From the IMG/VR virus record IMGVR_UViG_3300032321_000329, positions 1-53,339 of that record: 53,339 bases of DNA; one strand, written 5' to 3'. This DNA is from a virus (lineage: Duplodnaviria > Caudoviricetes). A program made the position numbers and the translations under genes. Below are positions 25,054 through 34,550 of the stretch, one piece after another. The first letter of the stretch is position 1, and every line of letters begins with the position of its first letter. The notes below the pieces were generated by a model. It saw only the letters and a list, made by a program, of their open reading frames with translations, was not told the DNA's origin and ran no database searches.

Positions 25054-25359
25054 ATGAACTTCAACCACAAAAAAGAAGTTATCACTGAGTCCTTTGGTAT
25101 TAAAGGAAGCACTCAAGATATAGCAGACAATGTAACTGAAATTGTAAAGCAGTGGCTCATGTCCAAAGACTCCGACAAGATAAGTGTCTTAGGGGAAAAG
25201 ATACACGAGCAGTTGCCATACGAGGTTATTCTATTTTTAGCTACGCAAGAGGTGTACGGAAAAGTGGAGCAGACCTTTGAGGAGATGGAGAACATAATCG
25301 AGAAGATGATTAAATCGGTTGGCGGGTCAATTAATGACGACAGAGCACAGATGAATTAA
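25054..25359 (+). CDS. Hypothetical protein
   Basis: 101 aa; starts 19 nt after ribozyme 3. Confidence 0.7.
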   Translation: MNFNHKKEVITESFGIKGSTQDIADNVTEIVKQWLMSKDSDKISVLGEKIHEQLPYEVILFLATQEVYGKVEQTFEEMENIIEKMIKSVGGSINDDRAQMN

Positions 25360-25384
25360 ATTTTTATAATCAAATCAAATCAAA

Positions 25385-25609
25385 ATGGACGTATTTAAAA
25401 TCAACACAAGTGCATGGGGAGAAGAAGACTTTTACCTCATGACCTCACTAAGTGAGGAGCAAGTAAAGAAAATTATTCAACCAATGGTTGACTATGAAAG
25501 GGAGAATGACATATTGTACGACAATGACGACTATGTCTCAGCCTTACAAAGTAAGCACCCTAAGGCAACGATTGTAATGTATCACGATTTCCAAACAATA
25601 ACTTTTTAA
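25385..25609 (+). CDS. Hypothetical protein
   Basis: 74 aa with an (AATCA)3 leader. Confidence 0.7.
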   Translation: MDVFKINTSAWGEEDFYLMTSLSEEQVKKIIQPMVDYERENDILYDNDDYVSALQSKHPKATIVMYHDFQTITF

Positions 25610-25724
25610 CCATGAAAGAAAATTTTTATTTCTTATTGGGCATTATCTACTTTACGATGGTGTCCGTTCCATTGGCTGTATTAGTATTTTCGGTATTAAA
25701 TTTAGTAATCTTAATCAAATTTTT

Positions 25725-26039
25725 ATGCAAAAAAATCACTATGAGATGAGTGAGCGTGCGACAGCACAAATTGAAATCGACTACCTAAGGGGAGAGGTGG
25801 CAAAATTAAAGGAACAATTGAAAGATGTTTCAATGGCAAGGGAATTGCTTAAACGTAATGGATATTATGTAAACAATCTATGGACTACCGAAGATGTCAA
25901 TCAGAACTACAAGTGTAGTGAGGAAGTGGCATATGAGATACTTGATAGAGCAATGCACAATGACGCTACAATGCAACAAATATTTTTTGCTATTGATGAT
26001 GTATGTGATGACTTAAATATTAAACAATTAAAAGATTAA
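25725..26039 (+). CDS. Hypothetical protein
   Basis: 104 aa; coiled coil then a LWTTEDV motif. Confidence 0.7.
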   Translation: MQKNHYEMSERATAQIEIDYLRGEVAKLKEQLKDVSMARELLKRNGYYVNNLWTTEDVNQNYKCSEEVAYEILDRAMHNDATMQQIFFAIDDVCDDLNIKQLKD

Positions 26040-26043
26040 TCAA

Positions 26044-26265
26044 ATGGAAAATGTATTAAACGGTACGCCTAAAGCGACCTACTATCTAAACGAGTTGGCA
26101 TCAGAATTGTCAGCACTAATCATTGACAAAAAGTATGAGAATACAGGAGTAAATACAATGGTTCAAAAAGGTGGTTCAATGGTTTATAGTGGGCACATTC
26201 AATACGAGTATGATGACATATATGATGAGGTATTTCAATATTTACAATCAAATCAAATCAAATAA
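26044..26265 (+). CDS. Hypothetical protein
   Basis: 73 aa, tightly packed between neighbours. Confidence 0.65.
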   Translation: MENVLNGTPKATYYLNELASELSALIIDKKYENTGVNTMVQKGGSMVYSGHIQYEYDDIYDEVFQYLQSNQIK

Positions 26266-26266
26266 A

Positions 26267-26665
26267 ATGGAAATCAAAATCATTCAGGGAGTAAAACGAG
26301 AAACTTTAGAAGATATTTTCGTAACAGCATTAGAGGGAGGAAGTAATTATTGGTATTTTTTACCTCCTCAATCAATCAGGGCAATCAGAAACGCAGTACC
26401 TAAAAGCGAAGACCCTTATCTAAGTACGGCAATTCTAAAAGCAATCTTAGACCATGATGTAAAAATAGCTATCAATGACGCAGAGAACGAAGAGGATGTC
26501 GTTGGAGTCATCACTCGTGGAACTATGCAGGCACGCCTTCAATTATTAGCAGACAGCAAAGAAAACAAATGGGCGTTGGAAAGACACATGAACGATAACG
26601 GAGACGCAGGGTCGGCTGATGTAGTGTTCCAATATATTGCTATGGGGGAGGTGGTGTACGGATAA
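26267..26665 (+). CDS. Hypothetical protein
   Basis: MEIKIIQG..TALEGGSNYW..DAGSADVVFQ..GEVVYG; likely ATG at 26267 after an (AATCA)n leader. Confidence 0.7.
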   Translation: MEIKIIQGVKRETLEDIFVTALEGGSNYWYFLPPQSIRAIRNAVPKSEDPYLSTAILKAILDHDVKIAINDAENEEDVVGVITRGTMQARLQLLADSKENKWALERHMNDNGDAGSADVVFQYIAMGEVVYG

Positions 26666-26705
26666 GATAATTCAATTCTTTTTTATTTAAAAAATATAAA
26701 TATAA

Positions 26706-26927
26706 ATGGAGGACAATCAATTAACATTACTTGACAGGTTCAAGAAGTTGCAACAAGAGTTGCAGGAGGCACACGTACAAGTGAGCAATTTAATAGCAGA
26801 GTTGGAGGCAAATGAAAACTTTCCCGATGGTCATATCATTACGAAAGAGTCATGGAATAGCTCCGACAAAATAACACAGGACGGTTTTGTTTATGTAAAA
26901 TATACAGACCTTGTGTTTTATAAATAA
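26706..26927 (+). CDS. Hypothetical protein
   Basis: 73 aa coiled coil. Confidence 0.6.
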   Translation: MEDNQLTLLDRFKKLQQELQEAHVQVSNLIAELEANENFPDGHIITKESWNSSDKITQDGFVYVKYTDLVFYK

Positions 26928-26942
26928 ATTGCACTATCTTTG
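26910..26942 (+). promoter_or_regulatory. Bacteroidota-type promoter
   Basis: CTTG (26910-26913), 21-nt spacer, TATCTTTG (26935-26942). Confidence 0.55.
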
Positions 26943-26972
26943 TACGAAATTTAATCAAATCAACATAATCAC

Positions 26973-27194
26973 ATGGAAAAATTTATCAACAGTGGCAGGT
27001 TTATTTGCAAGGAAGCGTTCCTTGACAAAAATCCAAATGAAAATTTAAAAGAAGAATGCACGGATGTCGTGCAGTATAACGGTGGAGTTTATATACAAGT
27101 ACTAAAGTCGGGATTGTTTTATGTAGATGAGAACTTTAGCAGTAAATCCCTTGACGAATCAGAAGTAAAATTGTGGGAAAAAATTAACAAATAA
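26973..27194 (+). CDS. Hypothetical protein
   Basis: 73 aa. Confidence 0.65.
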   Translation: MEKFINSGRFICKEAFLDKNPNENLKEECTDVVQYNGGVYIQVLKSGLFYVDENFSSKSLDESEVKLWEKINK

Positions 27195-27248
27195 ATGAAC
27201 TATGTATGAACATATTCACTATATTTGTTGCCAAATTAAATCAGAATT

Positions 27249-27551
27249 ATGAAGCACGATGTTTTTAATCAGTATGTAGAAAGAGTTGCTGACTTATTCA
27301 GTATCACTAAAGACAATATATTTTCAAAGTCAAAGAAAAGAGAGTTTGTGGACGCACGTCACTTGCTTTATTATCTATGCTCAAAGAGACCTATGCAAAT
27401 CACGTACATTCAAAAGTACATGAACGAAGCGGGGTACGATATTAAGCACTCATCAATTATCCATGGCATTACAGCAGTGGAGCAGAAGATTGCAGGAGAC
27501 AAAGATTATGTCTCAGTAATCAAGGATGTAGAGCGAGCAGTTTTTATTTAG
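27249..27551 (+). CDS. DnaA C-terminal (domain IV)-like HTH protein
   Basis: VADLFSI..IFSKSKKREFVDARHLLYYLC..KHSSIIHG; preceded by TATATTTG at 27220-27227. Confidence 0.75.
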   Translation: MKHDVFNQYVERVADLFSITKDNIFSKSKKREFVDARHLLYYLCSKRPMQITYIQKYMNEAGYDIKHSSIIHGITAVEQKIAGDKDYVSVIKDVERAVFI

Positions 27552-27612
27552 TCGAGTCAATCAATCACTCGCACCTTTAGGTGAGAGAAATTCAAATCAA
27601 ATCAATAATCAA

Positions 27613-28260
27613 ATGGAAAACAAAAAAACAGTTTTCGAGAGGCTATCTGCCATCAACGTAAATGAGCACGTTGAAAAAAAATCTAACTTAACTTACTTGT
27701 CTTGGGCGTGGGCATGGTCAGAGACTAAGAAGGCTTGCCCTGACGCAACTTACAAAATTGGCGAGACGGAGTATGACGAAGCACTTGGCTTTATGTGTCA
27801 CACTACAGTTACAATTGAAGGTGAGACATTAGAGATGTGGTTGCCTGTTATGGATGGAGCAAACAAATCTATGAAGAAGGTTGCTTATTCTTACAGCAGT
27901 CGATACGGAGACAAGACAGTTGACTCTGCAACTACCTTCGACATTAACAAGACAATTATGCGTTGCTTAGTTAAGAACTTGGCTATGTTCGGCATGGGTA
28001 TTTATATCTATGCAGGAGAGGATATGCCTGAGACTGACTCAGTGGCTACAAAGGTTGAGGCTCCTAAGAAGCCTGCCAATGACACAGCAGACACATTAAT
28101 TGACCTTAAGAAAGGTACGGCTAATTGGGACGCAGTAGTTAAGTACGTTACAACGAACAAGGCTTTAGGTATCGAGAAGATTGGTGCACAGCTTGTTCGT
28201 AAGTATAAGGTAAGCCCTGCCTTAAAGAAAGAAATTGTTAACCTAATAAACGCAGAATAA
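27613..28260 (+). CDS. Sak/Rad52-like single-strand annealing protein (DUF1071-like)
   Basis: INVNEHVEKK..LTYLSWAWAW, MWLPVMD and DINKTIMRCLVKNLAMFGMGIYIYAGED. Confidence 0.85.
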   Translation: MENKKTVFERLSAINVNEHVEKKSNLTYLSWAWAWSETKKACPDATYKIGETEYDEALGFMCHTTVTIEGETLEMWLPVMDGANKSMKKVAYSYSSRYGDKTVDSATTFDINKTIMRCLVKNLAMFGMGIYIYAGEDMPETDSVATKVEAPKKPANDTADTLIDLKKGTANWDAVVKYVTTNKALGIEKIGAQLVRKYKVSPALKKEIVNLINAE

Positions 28261-28994
28261 TGGAAGATATATTAATTAAACTACGTGATGACAATGAGTA
28301 TTATAGCGGTATAGGTAAGAACTATTTATCCAATTCAGACATTGGCACATTGCTTAGCAATCCTCAAGACTTTGGTAAGCCACGTGAGGACAATAAAGCG
28401 TTCATGGATGGAAGATACTTTCATCAGTTAATATTAGAACCTGAGAAGGCTAAGGAGATGCTGTCGGTTGATGTGAGCACACGTACCACTAAGGAGTACA
28501 AAGCATTTTGCGAGACGAACAACTTACCGTTTTGTATGTTGAAGAAAGAGCAAGACGAGATTCAAAACCTTGTGAATATTATCAATGGGAACATTGCGTT
28601 CTATGATGAGATTTATAAAGCAGGTAATGTTTATGAGACTCCGGCAGTAGGTATGATTCAAGGTATGATGTGGAAGGGTAAGTCTGATATTGTTACCGAC
28701 AATGCAGTGATTGACCTTAAGACAACAAGTGACATACATAAGTTTAAATATTCAGCTAAGTCTTATAACTATGATTCTCAGTGTTATATCTATCAAGAAC
28801 TATTTGGTAAGCCATTAGTGTTCTATGTAATTGACAAAGGAACAGGAGTTTTAGGTATCTTTAGACCAACGGAGGAGTTTGTTAAAGGTGGCGAAATCAA
28901 AGTAGGCAAAGCCATTGAGGTATATAACAAATACTTTAGTGCTACACCAACTGATGACATAGTGAACTACTATATTGACGAGTACTTGTTATAA
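28260..28994 (+). CDS. PD-(D/E)xK exonuclease (RecE/DUF3799-like)
   Basis: LSNSDI, GRYFHQLILEP, KGKSD..VIDLKTT and YNYDSQCYIY; coupled to the annealase gene. Confidence 0.8.
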   Translation: MEDILIKLRDDNEYYSGIGKNYLSNSDIGTLLSNPQDFGKPREDNKAFMDGRYFHQLILEPEKAKEMLSVDVSTRTTKEYKAFCETNNLPFCMLKKEQDEIQNLVNIINGNIAFYDEIYKAGNVYETPAVGMIQGMMWKGKSDIVTDNAVIDLKTTSDIHKFKYSAKSYNYDSQCYIYQELFGKPLVFYVIDKGTGVLGIFRPTEEFVKGGEIKVGKAIEVYNKYFSATPTDDIVNYYIDEYLL

Positions 28995-29000
28995 AATATT

Positions 29001-29016
29001 GTGTCTTCAAAGACAC
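29001..29016. repeat. 16-bp palindrome copy 8
   Basis: GTGTCTTCAAAGACAC 6 nt after the exonuclease stop. Confidence 0.9.
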
Positions 29017-29022
29017 TACAAT

Positions 29023-29076
29023 ACTGAGTGGTGACTTAGTCCCAAAGGTCATTGCTTAGTTTAAACAGATTGGGAC
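29023..29076 (+). ncRNA. Predicted pseudoknot in the SSB leader
   Basis: 15-bp stem 29023-29037/29046-29060 (5 G-U pairs); loop GUCCCAA is complementary to UUGGGAC at 29070-29076. Confidence 0.55.
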
Positions 29077-29095
29077 AAAAATAAATTCAAAAAAC

Positions 29096-29404
29096 ATGGC
29101 ACAAGACGAAAAAATCTTTGCAGACGGATTCTCATTTAAGAGAAACGAAAAAGCTCCTGACTTTGTAGTTGGGAGGTTATCAATGAAGGTAGATGAAGCA
29201 GTAGCTTTCATACGCCAACACGAGAAGGGTGGATGGGTAAACCTTAACATTAAGACTGCACGCAGTGGCAATCATTATGTTGAGTTAGATACCTACGAAC
29301 CTTCTAAGGATGGCGGTATGCCTAAAGCAGAAGCTAAGCCAAAGGCGAAGCCAAAAGCTGAGGTAGTAAATGACAGCGATGACGATGGTTCGTTGCCGTT
29401 TTAG
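29096..29404 (+). CDS. Putative single-stranded DNA-binding protein
   Basis: Small beta protein (KAPDFVVG, GWVNLNI), flexible linker and acidic tail DDDGSLPF; sits between recombination and primase genes. Confidence 0.7.
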   Translation: MAQDEKIFADGFSFKRNEKAPDFVVGRLSMKVDEAVAFIRQHEKGGWVNLNIKTARSGNHYVELDTYEPSKDGGMPKAEAKPKAKPKAEVVNDSDDDGSLPF

Positions 29405-29426
29405 ACTAAGCCCACTAAAAACAAAT

Positions 29427-29452
29427 AGGGGAAGTTCGCTTCCCCTTTTTTT
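29427..29452 (+). terminator. Intrinsic terminator
   Basis: AGGGGAAG-TTCG-CTTCCCCT followed by a T run. Confidence 0.85.
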
Positions 29453-29463
29453 GGCTGTAAGCC

Positions 29464-29625
29464 ATGACGAAAATGTCAATAATTTTTCCATATATTCTCT
29501 ATAGGTGTTTTTATATTCTTCTTCTTTTTTTTAAATTATATTTAGAAGAAAAAATTGACATTATCGACATTAGTATTAGTAATCAAATAGTTAGATACTC
29601 AAAAATGACATAAAAACGACATAAA
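29464..29625. repeat. Iteron-like array B (putative origin)
   Basis: AATGTC, AT-rich core, then GACATTATCGACATTA and GACATAAAAACGACAT; directly upstream of the primase ATG. Confidence 0.7.
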
Positions 29626-32052
29626 ATGGTACATAATGTGACGATATTCCAAAATATTAGAGATACTGACACTCCTTTCTTCCGAGATGTACGCACAATA
29701 CTTGATAGAATAAAGGATGGGACGAGTTCAACTAAAGATTTGGTTAAGAAAATACGCTTAGAAAAGCGTAAGCCTGAGAGACAGGAGTTAAAGAAGCAGT
29801 TACCTGCAATATGTTTCAGTGGTACGTTCAACAAAAGAACAGATGCATCACTGATGGAGCATAGCGGACTTATATGTTTAGATTTTGATGGGTACACAAA
29901 GCAGAAAGAACTACTGCAGGACAAAGAGAACTTATCAAAAAACAAATACGTATTCTCAGTGTTCATATCCCCTTCGGGTAATGGCTTAAAAGTATTGGTA
30001 AAGATTCCTGCAGATGAGGAGAACCACACGATGTACTTTAATTCGTTAGAGAAGTACTTTAACAGCCCTTATTTCGATAAGACGAGTAAGAACCTCAGCA
30101 GAGTATGTTACGAGTCATATGACCCTTTAATTGCGATTAATGAGAATAGCAGTATTTGGGATGTAATTGAGGAGCCTGAGTACACTGAGGTAAGTAAGAC
30201 AAGAGATAAGGCAACAATACCAATTACTGATGAGAATAAAATTGTTGAGATACTTGTTAAGTGGTGGGAGAAGAAATACCCAATGAGTGAAGGACAACGA
30301 AATCAAAATGCGTATGTACTTGCTATGGCGTTTAATGACTTTGGTGTTAACAAGAGTCTTGCGTCTTATGTGCTTAATCAGTTTGCGTCAGATGACTTTA
30401 CACTCAGAGAGATTGCTACAACAATTGACTCAGCATATAAGCATACAGCGAACTTTGGTACAAAGTACTACGAGGATGAGGAGCGTATCAATACCATTAA
30501 AGCAAAGTTAAGGAGGGGTGTATCAAAAAAAGAGATTCGCATCCAATTGCAGGACTCCAACTTGGATAGCGATACGATTGATTCAGTGCTCAACAAGGTT
30601 GAGGAAGAGAATGCAATGCAGACTTTTTGGGACAGAAACGATAGAGGAGTTATAAGAGTTATACATATTCAGTTTAAACAGTTTTTGGAGGACAATGGAT
30701 TCTACAAGTATTGCCCTGAGGGTGGTAAGAATTATATTTTCGTAAAGGTTACGAACAATCTAATAGACCATACCTCCGATAAAGAGATAAAAGATTTTGT
30801 CCTTGCTCACTTATTGGACTTGGATGACATTGCTGTTTATAATTACTTTGCAGATAACACAAGGTTTTTTAGAGAAGAGTTTTTGTCTTTACTATCAACG
30901 ATAGAGATTTATTTTATAGCAGATAATAAAGACGCATCATACTTGTACTACAAGAATTGTGCTGTGAAGATTACAAAGGAAGGTACCACAACGCTCGACT
31001 ACTTGGATTTGGGAGGGTACGTGTGGAAAGACCACGTGATAGACAGGAACTTTAATATGTGCGATGTAACAGAGAGGTGTGATTTCAAAAAGTTTGTCAG
31101 CAATATCAATGGTGGAGATGAGCAGAGAGTTAAATCAATGGAGAGCACGATTGGATTTTTAATGCACGGATATAAGAACTTATCATTTTGTCCTGCCATT
31201 ATTTTGAATGATGAGGTTATTAGCGACAACCCTGAGGGCGGAACAGGTAAGGGATTGATTATGAACGCACTTAGCAAGATGAAGAAGTTAGTTGTTATTG
31301 ACGGTAAGTCATTTGCTTTTGAGCGTAGTTTCGCTTATCAATTGGTGTCAGCAGATACGCAGATACTTTGCTTTGATGATGTAAGAAAGCATTTTGACTT
31401 TGAGCGTTTGTTCAGTGTAGTAACTGAGGGTCTAACGCTTGAAAAGAAAAATAAGGACGCAATAAAAATTCCTTTTAGTCGTTCTCCTAAGATAGCAATC
31501 ACAACGAACTATGCTATTAAAGGTGCGGGTAATTCATTTGCAAGAAGGAAGTGGGAGTTAGAGTTGCATCAGTACTATACTAAGGAGTACACTCCACTTG
31601 ATGAGTTTGGCAAGTTGATGTTCGGGGATTGGAACGATGACGATTGGTGCGAGTTTGACAATTACATGATAAGATGTCTAAGTAATTACTTAAGAACGGG
31701 TCTTGTTAAAAGTAAGTTTGTCAATCTTAAGATTCGTCAGTTGTCAGCAGAGACTTGTCACGAGTTCATTGAATGGTGTGGTTTAGTTGATACCCATCAT
31801 AATAGGGAAGTAATGATGCAAACAGATATGAGGCTTTATAAGAATGAGCTGTATGCTAACTTTGTGGATGAGTATCCTGACTACGGACCGAGAGGTAGGA
31901 TGAGCGTAAGTAGGACTAAGTTTTACAAATGGTTGATAGCTTACGGTATTTACAAAGAAGGTGTGATGCCTCAGGAAGATAGAGACCAACAAGGACGATG
32001 GATAATCATTAAAAGCAAAAACAACGAGGGACTTGAAGAAGCACCTTTTTAA
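29626..32052 (+). CDS. Primase-helicase (VirE-N/BT4734-like AEP, PriCT, P-loop helicase)
   Basis: LKKQLPAICFSG, SGLICLDFD, FISPSGNGLK, EGQRNQ, Walker A EGGTGKG, LCFDD and ITTNY. Confidence 0.88.
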   Translation: MVHNVTIFQNIRDTDTPFFRDVRTILDRIKDGTSSTKDLVKKIRLEKRKPERQELKKQLPAICFSGTFNKRTDASLMEHSGLICLDFDGYTKQKELLQDKENLSKNKYVFSVFISPSGNGLKVLVKIPADEENHTMYFNSLEKYFNSPYFDKTSKNLSRVCYESYDPLIAINENSSIWDVIEEPEYTEVSKTRDKATIPITDENKIVEILVKWWEKKYPMSEGQRNQNAYVLAMAFNDFGVNKSLASYVLNQFASDDFTLREIATTIDSAYKHTANFGTKYYEDEERINTIKAKLRRGVSKKEIRIQLQDSNLDSDTIDSVLNKVEEENAMQTFWDRNDRGVIRVIHIQFKQFLEDNGFYKYCPEGGKNYIFVKVTNNLIDHTSDKEIKDFVLAHLLDLDDIAVYNYFADNTRFFREEFLSLLSTIEIYFIADNKDASYLYYKNCAVKITKEGTTTLDYLDLGGYVWKDHVIDRNFNMCDVTERCDFKKFVSNINGGDEQRVKSMESTIGFLMHGYKNLSFCPAIILNDEVISDNPEGGTGKGLIMNALSKMKKLVVIDGKSFAFERSFAYQLVSADTQILCFDDVRKHFDFERLFSVVTEGLTLEKKNKDAIKIPFSRSPKIAITTNYAIKGAGNSFARRKWELELHQYYTKEYTPLDEFGKLMFGDWNDDDWCEFDNYMIRCLSNYLRTGLVKSKFVNLKIRQLSAETCHEFIEWCGLVDTHHNREVMMQTDMRLYKNELYANFVDEYPDYGPRGRMSVSRTKFYKWLIAYGIYKEGVMPQEDRDQQGRWIIIKSKNNEGLEEAPF

Positions 32053-32103
32053 AAAACTATATCCGATTATATGCGTATATATACGATAAAATAACCAATA
32101 ATT

Positions 32104-33561
32104 ATGGAAGAAATAATTGAACGCATATCAGGGTATGACGACAAGTCAATGTGGGAGTACTGCGAGACACTCAAAAAAATTACCTACCAAACCAAAGAGG
32201 TAAAGAGTGGTAGAGGTAAAGCCATTGAGATACGTAAAATATTAAAGTATGAGACCAACAAAGAAGTATTAGATAGAATCACAAGAAGCTGTGAGTACTA
32301 TAAAGACTTACACGAATCACAAGGGAAGTTTAAATTTAGACCTTATCAAGTTGAGATAATAAACAAGGCATATGAAATTATTAAAAACTCCCGATTTGTA
32401 TATCTTGCTATGGAAGTGCGTACCGGCAAAACACTTACGAGTCTTGGCATAGCTACACTTTGTAATGTTAAAAATGTTTTATTTATAACAAAGAAAAAAG
32501 CAATTGGCTCAATCTCAGATGACTACACTGCTCTTAGCCCATCCTATTATATGCAGGTAATTAACTACGAAAGCCTTCATCTTGTCATGGATGATAAGAA
32601 GTGGGACATGATTATTTGTGATGAGGCACACGGGATGGGAGCATTCCCTAAGCCGAGCAATAGGTCAGAAATTGTTGGAGATTTAATTAGTAAGTACAAA
32701 CCGCTTGTTATTTTACTATCAGGTACACCAACCCCCGAGTCATACTCTCAGATGTATCATCAGGTATATAAGATACCAACCAACCCATTCAGGGAGTTTA
32801 AAAACTTTTACCGTTTCTGCGACACGTATGTAAATGTAAAGCAAAAAAAGATTAACGGATTAATTGTTAAGGACTATAGTCATGGATTGGATACCATATT
32901 GAAAGCAATGGAGCCTTACACACTAAACTATACACAAGAGGAAGCAGGATTTTTGTCAAAGACAGATGAAGAAGTTATAGAAGTTGAGATGAGTGAGTTA
33001 ACTTATAAGTTAATTAAGAAGCTAAAGCGAGAACTTGTGATAGAAGGTAAGACACAAATCATATTGGGTGATACGCCTGTGAAGTTAATGTCAAAAGTTC
33101 ATCAGCTTTGCTCAGGGACTATTAAGTTTGAGAACGGTGAGTCAATGGTGATAGACACAAGTAAGGCTGAGTTTATAAAAGAACATTTCAGAGGTTGTAA
33201 GATTGGTATATTCTACAAGTTCAAAGAAGAGTTGAATGCTCTGCTTAAAGTGTTTGGTAACGAAAACTTAACCTCTGACTTGAGTGTCTTTGAAGACACC
33301 GAAAAGAGTATTGCATTGCAAATTGTCTCAGGACGTGAAGGTATATCTTTAAGAAAAGCTGAGTATTTAGTTTATTATAATATTGATTTTAGTGCTACAA
33401 GTTATTGGCAGTCAAAAGATAGGATGACTACGAAGGAACGTCTTGAGAATAAGATATATTGGATATTCTCTCGTGGAGGTATTGAATATGACATATATAA
33501 AGCTGTTACAAAGAAAAAAGATTATACTTTAAAACATTTTGAACGAATGTTGTCCGAATAA
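32104..33561 (+). CDS. SF2 (SNF2-like) helicase
   Basis: RPYQ, MEVRTGKT, INYESL, ICDEAH, LSGTP, SGREGISL and QSKDR. Confidence 0.85.
   Translation: MEEIIERISGYDDKSMWEYCETLKKITYQTKEVKSGRGKAIEIRKILKYETNKEVLDRITRSCEYYKDLHESQGKFKFRPYQVEIINKAYEIIKNSRFVYLAMEVRTGKTLTSLGIATLCNVKNVLFITKKKAIGSISDDYTALSPSYYMQVINYESLHLVMDDKKWDMIICDEAHGMGAFPKPSNRSEIVGDLISKYKPLVILLSGTPTPESYSQMYHQVYKIPTNPFREFKNFYRFCDTYVNVKQKKINGLIVKDYSHGLDTILKAMEPYTLNYTQEEAGFLSKTDEEVIEVEMSELTYKLIKKLKRELVIEGKTQIILGDTPVKLMSKVHQLCSGTIKFENGESMVIDTSKAEFIKEHFRGCKIGIFYKFKEELNALLKVFGNENLTSDLSVFEDTEKSIALQIVSGREGISLRKAEYLVYYNIDFSATSYWQSKDRMTTKERLENKIYWIFSRGGIEYDIYKAVTKKKDYTLKHFERMLSE
33284..33299. repeat. 16-bp palindrome copy 9 (inside helicase)
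   Basis: GTGTCTTTGAAGACAC; encodes part of SVFEDT. Confidence 0.9.
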
Positions 33562-33577
33562 TATTAATTTTGTGTAT

Positions 33578-34549
33578 ATGAAAATAAGAGACCAATTAGC
33601 TGTAGAGTACTTAAATAAGTTTCCTTCTATAAGCAAAAGTTCAATCGCTGCAAAACTTTATAACGACCATTCTCACGTTTTTAATAGCGTAGAAGATGCA
33701 CGAATGAAAATAAGAAAGTTAACAGGTTCAGCAGGAACAGAAGCGTCAAGAAAAATAAAAATTGCTCACACTCCTGATTTGCCACCAACAAAAATGAAAA
33801 ACAGAGAGTTTATTGACTTGCCTGTAAGCAGTAATAAAATCTTATGGTTAAGTGATATTCATATTCCTAATCAGGATAATGAAGCATTAGCTTTAGCTAT
33901 CGAGTATGGTGTTAAAAATAAAATTAATTGTATTGTATTAGGTGGAGATTTATTGGATAACACTCCATTTACTAATCACGATGCACCACCCCCATCAGCA
34001 GATGATGTAGTAGAATGGTTTGAGTATTGCCAAATATTTTTAAGCCACTTAAGAACAAAGTTCCCAAAGGCTCATATAGTTTGGATAGAAGGAAACCACG
34101 ACAATTGGTATGTAAGATATTTAATGAAGAAAGCTCCAATGCTTTTTAATGATGACTACTTTAGATTACCACAGAGACTTGACCTTAAAAAATTCAGCGT
34201 TGACTTTTATGAGCAACACATTGTAGTACGTGCAGGAAAGTTGCATATGCTACATGGTCACACGATTGTAAGAGGCTTCATGGCTCCTGTTAACGCTGCG
34301 AGAGGCGTGTTCATGAGAGCAAAGAGCTCAATGATTATTGGGCACGTTCACTCAACAAGCAATCACTCTGAGACAAACATAAAGGAAGAACCTATATCAT
34401 GTTGGAGCACAGGATGTTTATGTACGCTTGCTCCTGACTATGACCCGCATAACACCAAACACAACGTAGGATTTGCTCATATATTAGTTGAACCAAATGG
34501 AGAGTTTGAAGTAATAAATAAAAGAATAATCAATAATAAAATTTTATAA
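33578..34549 (+). CDS. Calcineurin-like metallophosphoesterase
   Basis: SDIH, GGDLLD, EGNHD, LHGH and GHVH; likely start MKIRD. Confidence 0.88.
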   Translation: MKIRDQLAVEYLNKFPSISKSSIAAKLYNDHSHVFNSVEDARMKIRKLTGSAGTEASRKIKIAHTPDLPPTKMKNREFIDLPVSSNKILWLSDIHIPNQDNEALALAIEYGVKNKINCIVLGGDLLDNTPFTNHDAPPPSADDVVEWFEYCQIFLSHLRTKFPKAHIVWIEGNHDNWYVRYLMKKAPMLFNDDYFRLPQRLDLKKFSVDFYEQHIVVRAGKLHMLHGHTIVRGFMAPVNAARGVFMRAKSSMIIGHVHSTSNHSETNIKEEPISCWSTGCLCTLAPDYDPHNTKHNVGFAHILVEPNGEFEVINKRIINNKIL

Positions 34550-34550
34550 A

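Noticed and set aside
20175-29016. Palindrome copies as a CRISPR array
   Set aside because: Spacing is 0.8-4 kb with genes in between, the repeat is only 16 bp, and no cas genes are present.
29023-29076. Twister or hammerhead ribozyme in the SSB leader
   Set aside because: GUCCCAA recalls twister, but the other conserved elements are missing and there is no CUGANGA/GAAA core. Kept only as a pseudoknot candidate.
33578-34549. Metallophosphoesterase as healer of ribozyme cyclic-phosphate ends
   Set aside because: The family is common in phages without ribozymes, it is not linked to the cassettes, and no RNA ligase is visible.
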